Assembly: GCA_902578305.1 (NCBI GenBank)
Contig: CACHCK010000001.1
Span: 183,136-247,135 of the forward strand
Direction: 5' to 3'
Origin: an uncultured Pelagibacteraceae bacterium
GTDB taxonomy: Bacteria > Pseudomonadota > Alphaproteobacteria > Pelagibacterales > AG-422-B15
Length of the DNA: 64,000 nt
A model generated the notes under the pieces. That model was not told the origin of the DNA, ran no database searches, and saw only the letters and a program-made list of their open reading frames with translations. Both the position numbers and the translations under genes were made by a program. This document shows, piece by piece, positions 8,766-17,269 of this stretch (positions are counted from its first letter, which is position 1; every line of letters begins with the position of its first letter).

Positions 8766-9995
8766 TTAACCCTCCTCAGCGTCTGGATACAATTCCATAG
8801 AAACAGGCGAAGCTCTACTGCTTACAAGCACAGTGCTTCCTTGATCCTCTAATGGAACAGCAGTTCTGATCGTCATTCTGTATATCCCAAACAAACCTAG
8901 GCTGGTGTGAATTAGGAATAAATATATCCAAAAACCTGAAGCTCCAATTATATCGATCGCCAGCCCTCCTAAGATAGGTCCAATTGTAAGGCCTATGCCT
9001 CCTGCCAGTTGAAGCCCTGAGCTTGCTGCAACCATTTCTCTTTTTGACAAAAAGTCATTTGTATGTGCAATCGATAGCGCATAAAGAGGCACAGTCAGAC
9101 CTCCAAATATGAAAGTAATTGCTACGAGAACAGAAAAAGTATTACCAAAAATTAAAGCAAAAATAGAGAAGACACCTGCTAAAAAAGCAACAATTACGAT
9201 AATTGTTCTTCTATCATATGTATCTGACAAATAGCCGATAAGATACTGATTTAGTGCTCCTCCAATAATAAATGTAAACATAAAAATTGATACTTGCTCA
9301 ATTGATAGTCCACTTTTTAAACCATATATGGTTCCGATACCCCAAAGAGTTCCATGAGCCAAACCCGTCATCATAGCGGCAACTACTCCAAGAGGCGATG
9401 CTTCATAAAGCTGTCTGACATTTAAAAACTCAGTAACACTAAAATCTGGCTGTTTACTCACAACAATTAATATTGGTACGAGAGATATGGAAATTAGAAT
9501 TGAAACGAGCATAAACAAAGATGCGGTTTCTGGATTTGCTAAATTAAGAAATAACTGACCTACCGCACTTCCAGCCATACTAACCATCATATAAATAGAT
9601 AAAGCTTTACCTCTATTATTATTTTCCGAAAGGTCATTGATCCAGCTTTCTGCAACGGTGTACATGCCTACAAAACACATTCCAGATATAAAACGCATCA
9701 AAAACCATCCAAAGAAACTTACATGAATTGAATGCAAGAGAATTGAGATAGAGGCAATTGATGCAAGAGCTGCAAACATTCTTACATGTCCAACACTTTT
9801 TATGCGACGGGGTATCAAAAGGGCTCCAGATAAGAATCCAGCATAATATCCAGTAAGTATAATACCCGCTGATGCAGCGGAGTACCCTTCGATTGATGCT
9901 CTGACTCCAATCAAACTACCTTGAAGCCCATTCGCAAGCATTATCATTGCAACACCAAAAAATAGAGCCCACGTTCCCTTAAGCAAACTATACAT
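8766..9995 (-). CDS. MFS transporter
   Basis: 409 aa with about 12 hydrophobic spans and a loop 2-3 motif region GALLIPRRIKSVGHVR. Confidence 0.85.
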   Translation of the reverse strand: MYSLLKGTWALFFGVAMIMLANGLQGSLIGVRASIEGYSAASAGIILTGYYAGFLSGALLIPRRIKSVGHVRMFAALASIASISILLHSIHVSFFGWFLMRFISGMCFVGMYTVAESWINDLSENNNRGKALSIYMMVSMAGSAVGQLFLNLANPETASLFMLVSILISISLVPILIVVSKQPDFSVTEFLNVRQLYEASPLGVVAAMMTGLAHGTLWGIGTIYGLKSGLSIEQVSIFMFTFIIGGALNQYLIGYLSDTYDRRTIIVIVAFLAGVFSIFALIFGNTFSVLVAITFIFGGLTVPLYALSIAHTNDFLSKREMVAASSGLQLAGGIGLTIGPILGGLAIDIIGASGFWIYLFLIHTSLGLFGIYRMTIRTAVPLEDQGSTVLVSSRASPVSMELYPDAEEG

Positions 9996-10017
9996 ATTTA
10001 AAATTTATGAAGTTATT

Positions 10018-10515
10018 TCAAAGCCATCTTCTGACGGACTTCTTGTAGTCTAAGTAAACATTTCCGAATTCTTTTTCAAGATATTTTTCCTCTGGAATTA
10101 TTACTCCATAAGTCAACAGTGGTATTGATATAGCCGCACTAATTACATACCACCATGAATTGAATGCTAGTCCGCAACTTAATAGAATTATTACCATTGC
10201 TAAGTAAATTGGATTTCTTGAATATTTAAATGTTCCACCTACAAACAATTGATTTTGAACTGATTTTGGGTGAGGGTTTTCTTCATTGTCAGAAAATATT
10301 TTTAAGGTGTAAATAGCCATTAAAAAAGAGGAAACAGCAATAATTAATCCGATGATTAAAACTATCATACTTCCTTTAAAGAGAGGCAAATGTATAAAAA
10401 AACTGTCAAGGAGGCTTGATGCTATCAACCCAATCATTAGGGCATATGGAGGGAAAAACGTTGTCCTAGCGCCTTGGGCTCTGACAGGTTTTATAGGATC
10501 TTTATTGTTTGTCAT
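10018..10515 (-). CDS. Membrane methyltransferase of the isoprenylcysteine carboxyl methyltransferase (ICMT/PEMT) family
   Basis: The C-terminal signature is YSRNPIYLAMVI...EEKYLEKEFGNVYLDYKKSVRRWL. Confidence 0.75.
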   Translation of the reverse strand: MTNNKDPIKPVRAQGARTTFFPPYALMIGLIASSLLDSFFIHLPLFKGSMIVLIIGLIIAVSSFLMAIYTLKIFSDNEENPHPKSVQNQLFVGGTFKYSRNPIYLAMVIILLSCGLAFNSWWYVISAAISIPLLTYGVIIPEEKYLEKEFGNVYLDYKKSVRRWL

Positions 10516-10589
10516 ATTTATGTTTAATTAATTGAATTATTTAATTTTTTAAGTTAAACCCACCCTAAATTATTTGACAAGTATAAATT

Positions 10590-11054
10590 ATGTTTAAGAA
10601 AAGACAATCAGTGCAACAAGTAGAAGAGAGCAATGAACTAGCCCCTAAATTCGATGATAATGGTTTGATAGTTGTTACAACAGTTGACTATAGAACTAAT
10701 GAAATTTTAATGACAGGTTTTATGAATGAAGAGGCACTTGAAAAAACTATTACAACAAAAGAAGCTTTCTACTTTAGCAGAAGTCGAAATGCATTATGGC
10801 ATAAAGGAGCTAAAAGTGGATATACTCAAAAAGTAAAGGAAATCCTAATTGATGATGATCAAGATGCCCTTTGTTTGAAGGTTGATATAGGAAAAAATGG
10901 CGCTAGTTGTCATGTCGGTTATAAGTCTTGTTTTTACCGCGAAATTGACTTAGAAGATACTGCAAATAAGTCTGGATTAAGGTTCACCACAGAAGAAAAA
11001 GTTTTCGATCCTGATGAAGTTTACGGAGATGAACCAAATCCAACTAAACTATAA
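10590..11054 (+). CDS. hisI: Phosphoribosyl-AMP cyclohydrolase (monofunctional HisI)
   Basis: GFMNEEALEKT...YFSRSRNALWHKGAKSGYTQKV..DDDQDALCLKV...CHVGYKSCFYR. Confidence 0.9.
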   Translation: MFKKRQSVQQVEESNELAPKFDDNGLIVVTTVDYRTNEILMTGFMNEEALEKTITTKEAFYFSRSRNALWHKGAKSGYTQKVKEILIDDDQDALCLKVDIGKNGASCHVGYKSCFYREIDLEDTANKSGLRFTTEEKVFDPDEVYGDEPNPTKL

Positions 11055-11065
11055 AGGAAAATAAA

Positions 11066-11251
11066 ATGGCTGTCCCAAAGAGTAAGATATCGAATTCTAA
11101 AAGAGGTATGAGAAGATCTCATTTACGTCTAAAGGGAAAAAATTTTATTGAAGATAAAGAGTCTGGTGAAATGAGACTTTCTCATCATGTTGATATGACG
11201 ACCGGCACTTACAATGGAAAGAAAATTTTTACACCAAAAGCAGAAAAATAA
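11066..11251 (+). CDS. rpmF: 50S ribosomal protein L32
   Basis: The N-terminus MAVPKSKISNSKRGMRRSH is the bL32 signature. Confidence 0.95.
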   Translation: MAVPKSKISNSKRGMRRSHLRLKGKNFIEDKESGEMRLSHHVDMTTGTYNGKKIFTPKAEK

Positions 11252-11252
11252 T

Positions 11253-12236
11253 TTAACCCCAACAAAGATCTTCCTTAACTAGCATCATACCGTTTTCATA
11301 AATTAGTCCATTTTTTCTATCATTAGCTATAAAGCAAGGTCCATCGAGATCTAAAAAATCTGCGTATTCATATAGCAATAATAACGGCAACATTGATAAG
11401 GAACTGGAGACCATGCATCCAAGCATGATATTTAAATCTAACTTTTTTGCTTCTTTGACTATTTTTACTGCTTCTGAAAGGCCGCCAGTTTTGTCGAGTT
11501 TAATATTTATCGTATTATATTTATGAGCCATTTTTGCCAAATCAGAACTGTCATGAAATGACTCATCTGCACATATAGAAATAGGAAAATTTAATCCTTT
11601 TAACTCATTGTCATTTTCAGATATCAGTGGTTGTTCTATTAAATCAATCTTTGTTTTTACAAATAAATCAGCGTTTGATTTTAAGTCATCTATATTGAAT
11701 GCCTCGTTAGCATCAACGATTATTACTTTATTTGGAGAAAGCTCTCTTGTTTTTGTTAAGATTTTATGAAGATTGTTTTTATTAACTTTTAATTTTAATG
11801 TTGGAAATTCTTGATGATTACTGACATCCTCTATCATTTTTTCTGGCTCATCTAATACTACAGTATAGCTACCAGGTAATGTAGTTGGCTTTGTTACTCC
11901 CATTAATTTCCAAATCGAGGTATTTTTCATTTTGCATTTGAGATCCCACATCGCACAGTCTATTGCATTTCTTGCTGCCCCATTTTTTAAGAAATTATCA
12001 AGATTAGTTAAGTTGATATTACCTTTTTCAATATCTGGTTTTAAATTGTTAATTTCCGAAGTTACGCTATCAATAGTTTCATCATACCTTTTATAAGGAA
12101 CACACTCGCCATAACCATAAAAATTATTTGTTTCTATCTTTACTTCAATTGTTTCAGCTGTAGTTTTAGAGCCTCTAGAAATATTAAATGATTTATTTAA
12201 ATCCCAAGATATATGCTTTATCTGAATATTTGACAT
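11253..12236 (-). CDS. Enolase-superfamily racemase/epimerase (dipeptide epimerase or N-acetyl-D-Glu racemase DgcA-like)
   Basis: Capping domain plus barrel, with LKLKV, IIVDANEAF, IEQP and ICADES metal and acid/base positions. Start moved to MSNIQIKH (12236) to remove a 35-nt overlap. Confidence 0.8.
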   Translation of the reverse strand: MSNIQIKHISWDLNKSFNISRGSKTTAETIEVKIETNNFYGYGECVPYKRYDETIDSVTSEINNLKPDIEKGNINLTNLDNFLKNGAARNAIDCAMWDLKCKMKNTSIWKLMGVTKPTTLPGSYTVVLDEPEKMIEDVSNHQEFPTLKLKVNKNNLHKILTKTRELSPNKVIIVDANEAFNIDDLKSNADLFVKTKIDLIEQPLISENDNELKGLNFPISICADESFHDSSDLAKMAHKYNTINIKLDKTGGLSEAVKIVKEAKKLDLNIMLGCMVSSSLSMLPLLLLYEYADFLDLDGPCFIANDRKNGLIYENGMMLVKEDLCWG

Positions 12237-12243
12237 TAATGTT

Positions 12244-13239
12244 TCAAATTTTTTCAATAATCCGAATGAATGGGTCAAGGCTGTCTTGTAAAGGGTCTAA
12301 ACATGGTAAACCATATTCTTTGGATAATCTGTCCTTATGATCACTTGCCTCAGACTGACAATTAGATGTATTAAGTGCAATGCCAATACATTGTATTTGC
12401 TTATTAGTAAGCTTACCATTTTGTATTGTCTGATCGATAACCTCTCTGATGCTCGGTAAAGGTGTATCCACGCCCCTCATATTAGTTCGTGTTGGTTCAT
12501 GACATACAACAAATGCATCCGGTTGGCTTCCATGAAGCAATCCTAGTGAAACTCCTGCGAATGAAGGGTGAAACAGAGATCCCTGACCTTCAATAATATC
12601 CCAGTGATTATCATCATTGTCAGGCGATAACCATTCGACTGCTCCTGAGATAAAATCAGAAACAATAGCATCAATTGCAATGCCACTTTCTGCAATTAAG
12701 ATTCCAGTTTGACCAGTTGCTTTGAAAGATGCATCTATTTGATTACTCTGCATCGCTCTTTCAATTGCGAGTGCTGTATATTTCTTTCCCACAGAACAAT
12801 CTGTTCCAACAGTAAGAAGTCTTTTGCCTGATCGTTTTATGCCTTTTCCTGTCTGAAATTGTTTATTACTAAACCGTAAATCATGAAGTTGAACATTATT
12901 TCTTTCAGCCGCTTCTGCAATTTCATTAAACGAGGATAGTTTTGTATGCATTCCACTGGCTACATTCATTCCAGATGATATTGCATTAATTATAATAGAT
13001 TTCCATTCTTCAGGCATAACGCCCCCGGCATTCACCACGCCAATAACGAATGTCTTGGCGCCATTCTTAACGGCTTCTTCTATGCTCATTTCCTGTAAAC
13101 CTAAGCTAGATTTGGCATTTGGAAGGCTCATTTGACCGATACACCAATCTGGACGCCAGTAATTAACTCCTGCAGCAGTCTTTATTGCCAAATCATCTTT
13201 TGCGTCTCCAAGAAATAATAAATACGGTTTTGATATCAT
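12244..13239 (-). CDS. DUF1611-family protein (DgcN-like partner of the epimerase)
   Basis: 331 aa. It has a P-loop-like region LLTVGTDCSVGKKYTALA, sits upstream of the enolase-superfamily gene and is tightly coupled to it. Confidence 0.7.
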   Translation of the reverse strand: MISKPYLLFLGDAKDDLAIKTAAGVNYWRPDWCIGQMSLPNAKSSLGLQEMSIEEAVKNGAKTFVIGVVNAGGVMPEEWKSIIINAISSGMNVASGMHTKLSSFNEIAEAAERNNVQLHDLRFSNKQFQTGKGIKRSGKRLLTVGTDCSVGKKYTALAIERAMQSNQIDASFKATGQTGILIAESGIAIDAIVSDFISGAVEWLSPDNDDNHWDIIEGQGSLFHPSFAGVSLGLLHGSQPDAFVVCHEPTRTNMRGVDTPLPSIREVIDQTIQNGKLTNKQIQCIGIALNTSNCQSEASDHKDRLSKEYGLPCLDPLQDSLDPFIRIIEKI

Positions 13240-13339
13240 GTTAATAAGTTAATGTTTAAGTGGGGATAAGTGTGCTTAATTCGTGTGGATAACTTTTTTG
13301 CATAAATAATCCCTTGTTTCAAAAAAATACCTTCCTAAA

Positions 13340-13434
13340 ATGACCGTTCGCAATGAGACGTTCATGCGTTTCGGGGTTCGACCGGCCCCAGAAAAAGCGC
13401 TAAAGTGAGAAAATTCTTGCTTTGGCGCTTTTTT
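13340..13434 (+). promoter_or_regulatory. Candidate structured 5' leader / attenuator (or small RNA) upstream of the ferredoxin gene
   Basis: This is a locally GC-rich block in an AT-rich 250-nt spacer. It has hairpins at 13349-13368 and 13373-13389, followed by a terminator. A 22-codon ORF (13340-13408, MTVRNETFMRFGVRPAPEKALK) ends inside the terminator. Confidence 0.4.
13394..13434 (+). terminator. Intrinsic terminator between divergent genes, 55 nt upstream of the ferredoxin ATG
   Basis: GCGCTAAAG (13397-13405) pairs with CTTTGGCGC (13420-13428) with one G-U. An A-run flanks it upstream and TTTTTT (13429-13434) follows. Confidence 0.7.
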
Positions 13435-13489
13435 GATGTATTTGATCCCCTTAAGCAATGCATTTTTAAATATTCTTAAAAAAATCTCA

Positions 13490-13810
13490 ATGGCAAAGAT
13501 CAAATATATCGAATTTAGCGGCGCGGAGCACGAAATTGATGTTAGTAGTGGGCTGACTGTCATGGAGGGTGCGATTAAGAATAAAATACCTGGCATTGAT
13601 GCAGATTGTGGCGGTGCATGTGCATGTGCTACTTGTCATGTATATGTAGCAAAAGAATGGATAGAAAAACTGCCTCCAAAAGAGGACTCTGAGGAAGATA
13701 TGCTGGATTTTGCTTTCGACGTAAAAGATAACAGCAGATTAAGCTGTCAAATTACTGTTTCTGATGAGCTAGACGGTTTAGTTGTTAATATGCCTGAGAA
13801 GCAGTTTTAA
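13490..13810 (+). CDS. 2Fe-2S ferredoxin, adrenodoxin/putidaredoxin type
   Basis: [11 protein letters not shown]..., cluster ligands [13 protein letters not shown] plus a later C in SRLSCQI. Start moved from 13433 because the extension would read through the terminator. Confidence 0.9.
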   Translation: MAKIKYIEFSGAEHEIDVSSGLTVMEGAIKNKIPGIDADCGGACACATCHVYVAKEWIEKLPPKEDSEEDMLDFAFDVKDNSRLSCQITVSDELDGLVVNMPEKQF

Positions 13811-14355
13811 GACCCCTCAAGTTTACAGTCTAAACTATTTTGTATCTCATTTAATTTATCAAATTTAGAACCATTTCCTATAAATTGTCTCATTAACATA
13901 AGACCTTTATTAGACGGGGAAACAACAATAAACCCATCATTTACTTTTGTTGGCATAGAATTTGGTCCAAACAAATAAATTTTAAGCTTACCAAAGTTGT
14001 GCGCATTTTCATTTATTGTAGAAAAGTTGTCAGTATTTTCTGAAAAGAATGATATCGACCAGTAAGACTCAGGTACTTCAGTTTCTATAACCAATGGAAA
14101 GTAAGTAACGTCATAAGCACATCCACCATAAAGTATGTCAGCGCTTGGTCTTATAACTTCAGTAAATTCTGAGTCAGGTAAATCGCGAGCAAAGGAATTA
14201 TTAATCATATTTTGCTCTTCCCAATTTCTACCGATAAACTTCATCATTAAACTAGGTGTGTAGTAAATTATCACTAGATGAAGTGAAAACCCAATGATCA
14301 CAAGTACAAATAATTTTTTAACTAAATTACTCATCACCACACTCCAATTTTTCAA
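13807..14355 (-). CDS. DUF1254-like membrane-anchored protein
   Basis: N-terminal TM, then [17 protein letters not shown]...[10 protein letters not shown], which resembles the short DUF1254 proteins that pair with DUF1214. An alternative start at 14334 is possible. Confidence 0.6.
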   Translation of the reverse strand: MKNWSVVMSNLVKKLFVLVIIGFSLHLVIIYYTPSLMMKFIGRNWEEQNMINNSFARDLPDSEFTEVIRPSADILYGGCAYDVTYFPLVIETEVPESYWSISFFSENTDNFSTINENAHNFGKLKIYLFGPNSMPTKVNDGFIVVSPSNKGLMLMRQFIGNGSKFDKLNEIQNSLDCKLEGS

Positions 14356-14926
14356 TAACTGGCAAATCCACCCTCTTCAATTTTGAGAAATATTCTTCAC
14401 CTGGTAAATAAATTCTTAATGCGACGGAAAAACTCTCATCACTAGGTGTTCTCATCCAATTTTTATCAGCTACTTTTGAAATAAAATTATTGTCATTAGT
14501 TAAAAAAATATCGAACCCGCCATCGATATTGAAATCAATTGTTTCACTATTTAAAGCATATATTTTTTCATTATTTTCAACTAAATAACCGTCCTCATTG
14601 TAGACGGTGATACTCCACCATCTAGATTCAATATCATTTCCGAATAAATGATAATTGCAGTTGCCTTGTAATTCTAGTTCTTCAATGTCATTAAATGCAT
14701 GGAAATATGCAGCTTCAGGCTTTGCCAAAGCAAATGTTCCTCTCATTGCGACAGCGGCCCTTGTGTAAATATCTCTATTTTTATCGCCTGGAGATGGCAA
14801 AATTTGCCAATTGTCGTTCTTAATAAATGCAAATTCTTCGTAAAGCTTGGCGGAGGCATAAGTAAAGGCTACAGCAATCAATATTACTGCAATTAAATAT
14901 AATAGGTATCTGCGCAATAAAATCAT
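14327..14926 (-). CDS. DUF1214-like membrane-anchored protein
   Basis: N-terminal TM, then DIYTRAAVAMRGTFALAKPEAAYF...GNCNYHLFG...RWWSITVYNEDGYL, which matches the DUF1214 pattern as I remember it. Confidence 0.65.
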   Translation of the reverse strand: MILLRRYLLYLIAVILIAVAFTYASAKLYEEFAFIKNDNWQILPSPGDKNRDIYTRAAVAMRGTFALAKPEAAYFHAFNDIEELELQGNCNYHLFGNDIESRWWSITVYNEDGYLVENNEKIYALNSETIDFNIDGGFDIFLTNDNNFISKVADKNWMRTPSDESFSVALRIYLPGEEYFSKLKRVDLPVIEKLECGDE

Positions 14927-14978
14927 TGTATAATCAATAAGTAATATTATTTATTATCATATAACAAGGAATAAATAT

Positions 14979-16004
14979 ATGTCTGAAACTATCAAGACAG
15001 ATTGTCTAATAATTGGAGCAGGCCCTGTGGGTCTGTTTGCAGTATTTGAGTTGGGTATATTAGGACTTGATAGTCACGTTGTAGATAATCTTGACAAAAT
15101 TGGAGGACAATGTGCTGAGTTATATCCAGACAAACCAATTTACGATATACCCGCGCTTCCAGAGTGTACTGGATTATCATTAATTGAAAATTTACAAAAA
15201 CAAATCAAGCCATTTAATACGCCGTTTCACCTAAATGAAAGAATTGATGAGATAATAAATACTGGCGACTTATGGAAACTTAAAACTACGGGCAATAAAG
15301 TTTTTGAAACTCCTAATATATTTATAGCTGGTGGCGTTGGCTCATTCGAACCACGAAAACCACCAATTGAAAATGTATCTAAATATGAAAATAAAGGTAT
15401 TCAATATTCGATACCTGATAAAAACTTTTATAGAGATAAAAAGATTATAATTTTTGGTGGAGGTGATAGCGCGCTTGACTGGACTGTTGAGCTTTCAAAA
15501 ATTGCTTCTCATGTAACATTAGTTCATAGACGCGATGAGTTTAAAGCAGCTAATCATACGGTTAATTTAATGAAACAACTTGTTAAAGAAGGTCAAGTTG
15601 ACTTAATCACAAAAAATCAGATTAGTGATGTTAAGGGCAGTGATAAAGTTGAAAAAGCAATCATAAAAGATAATGACGGAAATGAAAAAATTATAGATTG
15701 TGACGAAATCTTAATTTTTTATGGACTTAAAATGGAGCTAGGACCCATTAATGATTGGGGCCTAAATTTGAATGAAAAACAAATTGAGGTAAATACGGAA
15801 AATTTTGAAACGAATTTATCAGGTGTATTTGCAATGGGAGACATTTCTTATTACCCAGGTAAACTAAAGTTAATTCTATCAGGCTTTCATGAAGCCGCCC
15901 TAGCAGCACAGAAAGCATTTATACGCGCTAGACCAGATGAAACGCTAACTTTTCGATACACAACTTCATCAAGCGATATTCAAAAAAAATTAGGTGTAAA
16001 ATAA
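14979..16004 (+). CDS. Ferredoxin-NADP+ reductase, thioredoxin-reductase-like type
   Basis: DCLIIGAGPVGLFA...GGQCAELYPDKPIYDIP and a second GGGDSALDW dinucleotide motif. No CxxC redox centre is present. Confidence 0.9.
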   Translation: MSETIKTDCLIIGAGPVGLFAVFELGILGLDSHVVDNLDKIGGQCAELYPDKPIYDIPALPECTGLSLIENLQKQIKPFNTPFHLNERIDEIINTGDLWKLKTTGNKVFETPNIFIAGGVGSFEPRKPPIENVSKYENKGIQYSIPDKNFYRDKKIIIFGGGDSALDWTVELSKIASHVTLVHRRDEFKAANHTVNLMKQLVKEGQVDLITKNQISDVKGSDKVEKAIIKDNDGNEKIIDCDEILIFYGLKMELGPINDWGLNLNEKQIEVNTENFETNLSGVFAMGDISYYPGKLKLILSGFHEAALAAQKAFIRARPDETLTFRYTTSSSDIQKKLGVK

Positions 16005-16631
16005 TTGCTGCAAAAACTATACGATAAATATATTTGTCCGCATCTCATTAATTATGCGATGCAAATGAAACCATTCAGAAAACAAAGAGAAAAAGTAATA
16101 CCCTTTGCGTCTGGTAGAATATTAGAAATAGGTATTGGTTCAGGATTAAATTTTAATTATTACAATAAAGCAAATGTATCTGAGGTGTTTGCTGTTGAGC
16201 CAGATAGCGTATTGTTGAAAAAAGCAAAACAAAATGCAGAATTAAACAATATAGATTTGAATATCCAACAACTTAAGGCTGAGGAGTTGCCTTTCGATAA
16301 TAACTCATTTGATACAGTGATTAGCACTTACACAATGTGTTCCATTCCTGGTTTAGGCAGTGCTATGTCTGAAATAAACAGAGTTATGAAACCAAACGCT
16401 AAATTTCTATTCTCTGAACATGGCAAATCACCTGACTCAAATGTTTTGAAATGGCAAAAAAGAATGAACGGGATTCAAAAAAGGATAGCGGGTGGTTGTC
16501 ATCTTGATGTAGATATTCCAAATGAAATAACGAAAGCTAATTTTAAAATAGATAAAATAGACAGCATGTATGTTCCTGGACCAAAATTTTTAAGCTATCA
16601 TTACTGGGGCGCCGCTAGTCCGCTAAAATAA
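16005..16631 (+). CDS. Class I SAM-dependent methyltransferase (Methyltransf_11-like)
   Basis: ILEIGIGSGLN motif I. The TTG start directly abuts the upstream stop. Confidence 0.8.
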   Translation: MLQKLYDKYICPHLINYAMQMKPFRKQREKVIPFASGRILEIGIGSGLNFNYYNKANVSEVFAVEPDSVLLKKAKQNAELNNIDLNIQQLKAEELPFDNNSFDTVISTYTMCSIPGLGSAMSEINRVMKPNAKFLFSEHGKSPDSNVLKWQKRMNGIQKRIAGGCHLDVDIPNEITKANFKIDKIDSMYVPGPKFLSYHYWGAASPLK

Positions 16632-16634
16632 CTT

Positions 16635-17264
16635 ATGTTGATGCGACAAACTTTGGATTATGTTTTTTCAAATGCTGAAAGAAATAATCCGAAATCTATT
16701 CTGCAAACAATAGATAATTTTGTGTTAGAGAGCGGCCAGTTCTTAATGAATGTCGGTCCAGAAAAAGGAGAAATTTTAAAAAATCATCTTTTAAAGTCAG
16801 AACCAAATAATGTAATAGAGTTAGGAACTTTTATTGGATATTCAGCAGTATTAATCTCATCAACTATTGGAGAAAAAAGTCAATTAACTTCGATTGACTC
16901 AGACATTCACTCTATAGAAATAGCGAAAGAATTAATATACTTTGCTGGACTAGATAATAAAGTAAACTTGATGCACGGAAGTGCTGAGGAAATAATACCA
17001 AAATTAAACTTCAATGCTGATTTTGTATTTATTGATCATGCGAAGAAAAAGTATCTTTCGGATTTAAAGCTTTTGGAGTCAAAAGGCATAATTGTCAAAA
17101 ATTCTGTAGTATTTGCTGATAATGTTGGGATTTTTAAAGATGAAATGGCTGAATATTTCGACCATGTGAGAGAATCTGGGGAATATCTGTCTCAAAATTT
17201 TAGCTCGAAATTAGAGTATAGAAATAATATATATGATGCAGTGGAAATATCGATTAAGAATTAA
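16635..17264 (+). CDS. Catechol O-methyltransferase (COMT)-like SAM-dependent O-methyltransferase
   Basis: It appears collinear with my recollection of animal COMT: ILQTIDNF...MNVGPEKGEIL...VIELGTFIGYSAV...VFIDHAKKKYLSDL...ADNV...LEYRNNIYDAVEIS. Confidence 0.8.
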   Translation: MLMRQTLDYVFSNAERNNPKSILQTIDNFVLESGQFLMNVGPEKGEILKNHLLKSEPNNVIELGTFIGYSAVLISSTIGEKSQLTSIDSDIHSIEIAKELIYFAGLDNKVNLMHGSAEEIIPKLNFNADFVFIDHAKKKYLSDLKLLESKGIIVKNSVVFADNVGIFKDEMAEYFDHVRESGEYLSQNFSSKLEYRNNIYDAVEISIKN

Positions 17265-17269
17265 TATCA

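Noticed and set aside
13373-13389. GGTTCGA-containing hairpin resembling a tRNA T-arm (possible tRNA or tmRNA fragment)
   Set aside because: I could find no acceptor stem, anticodon arm or CCA context around it, and the loop/stem register does not fit a 5-bp stem with a 7-nt T-loop. It is treated as part of the candidate leader instead.
13433-13489. N-terminal 19-codon extension of the ferredoxin ORF in the track
   Set aside because: The extension starts in the T-run of the terminator and is AT-rich filler ([19 protein letters not shown]). Adrenodoxin-type ferredoxins begin like MAKIKYIEF, so 13490 is preferred.
13276-13596. 106-aa minus-strand ORF spanning the spacer and the 5' end of the ferredoxin gene
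   Set aside because: It runs antisense to a well-supported ferredoxin CDS and through the hairpin/terminator block. Its sequence has no family character. It is better explained as a chance ORF over a structured RNA region.
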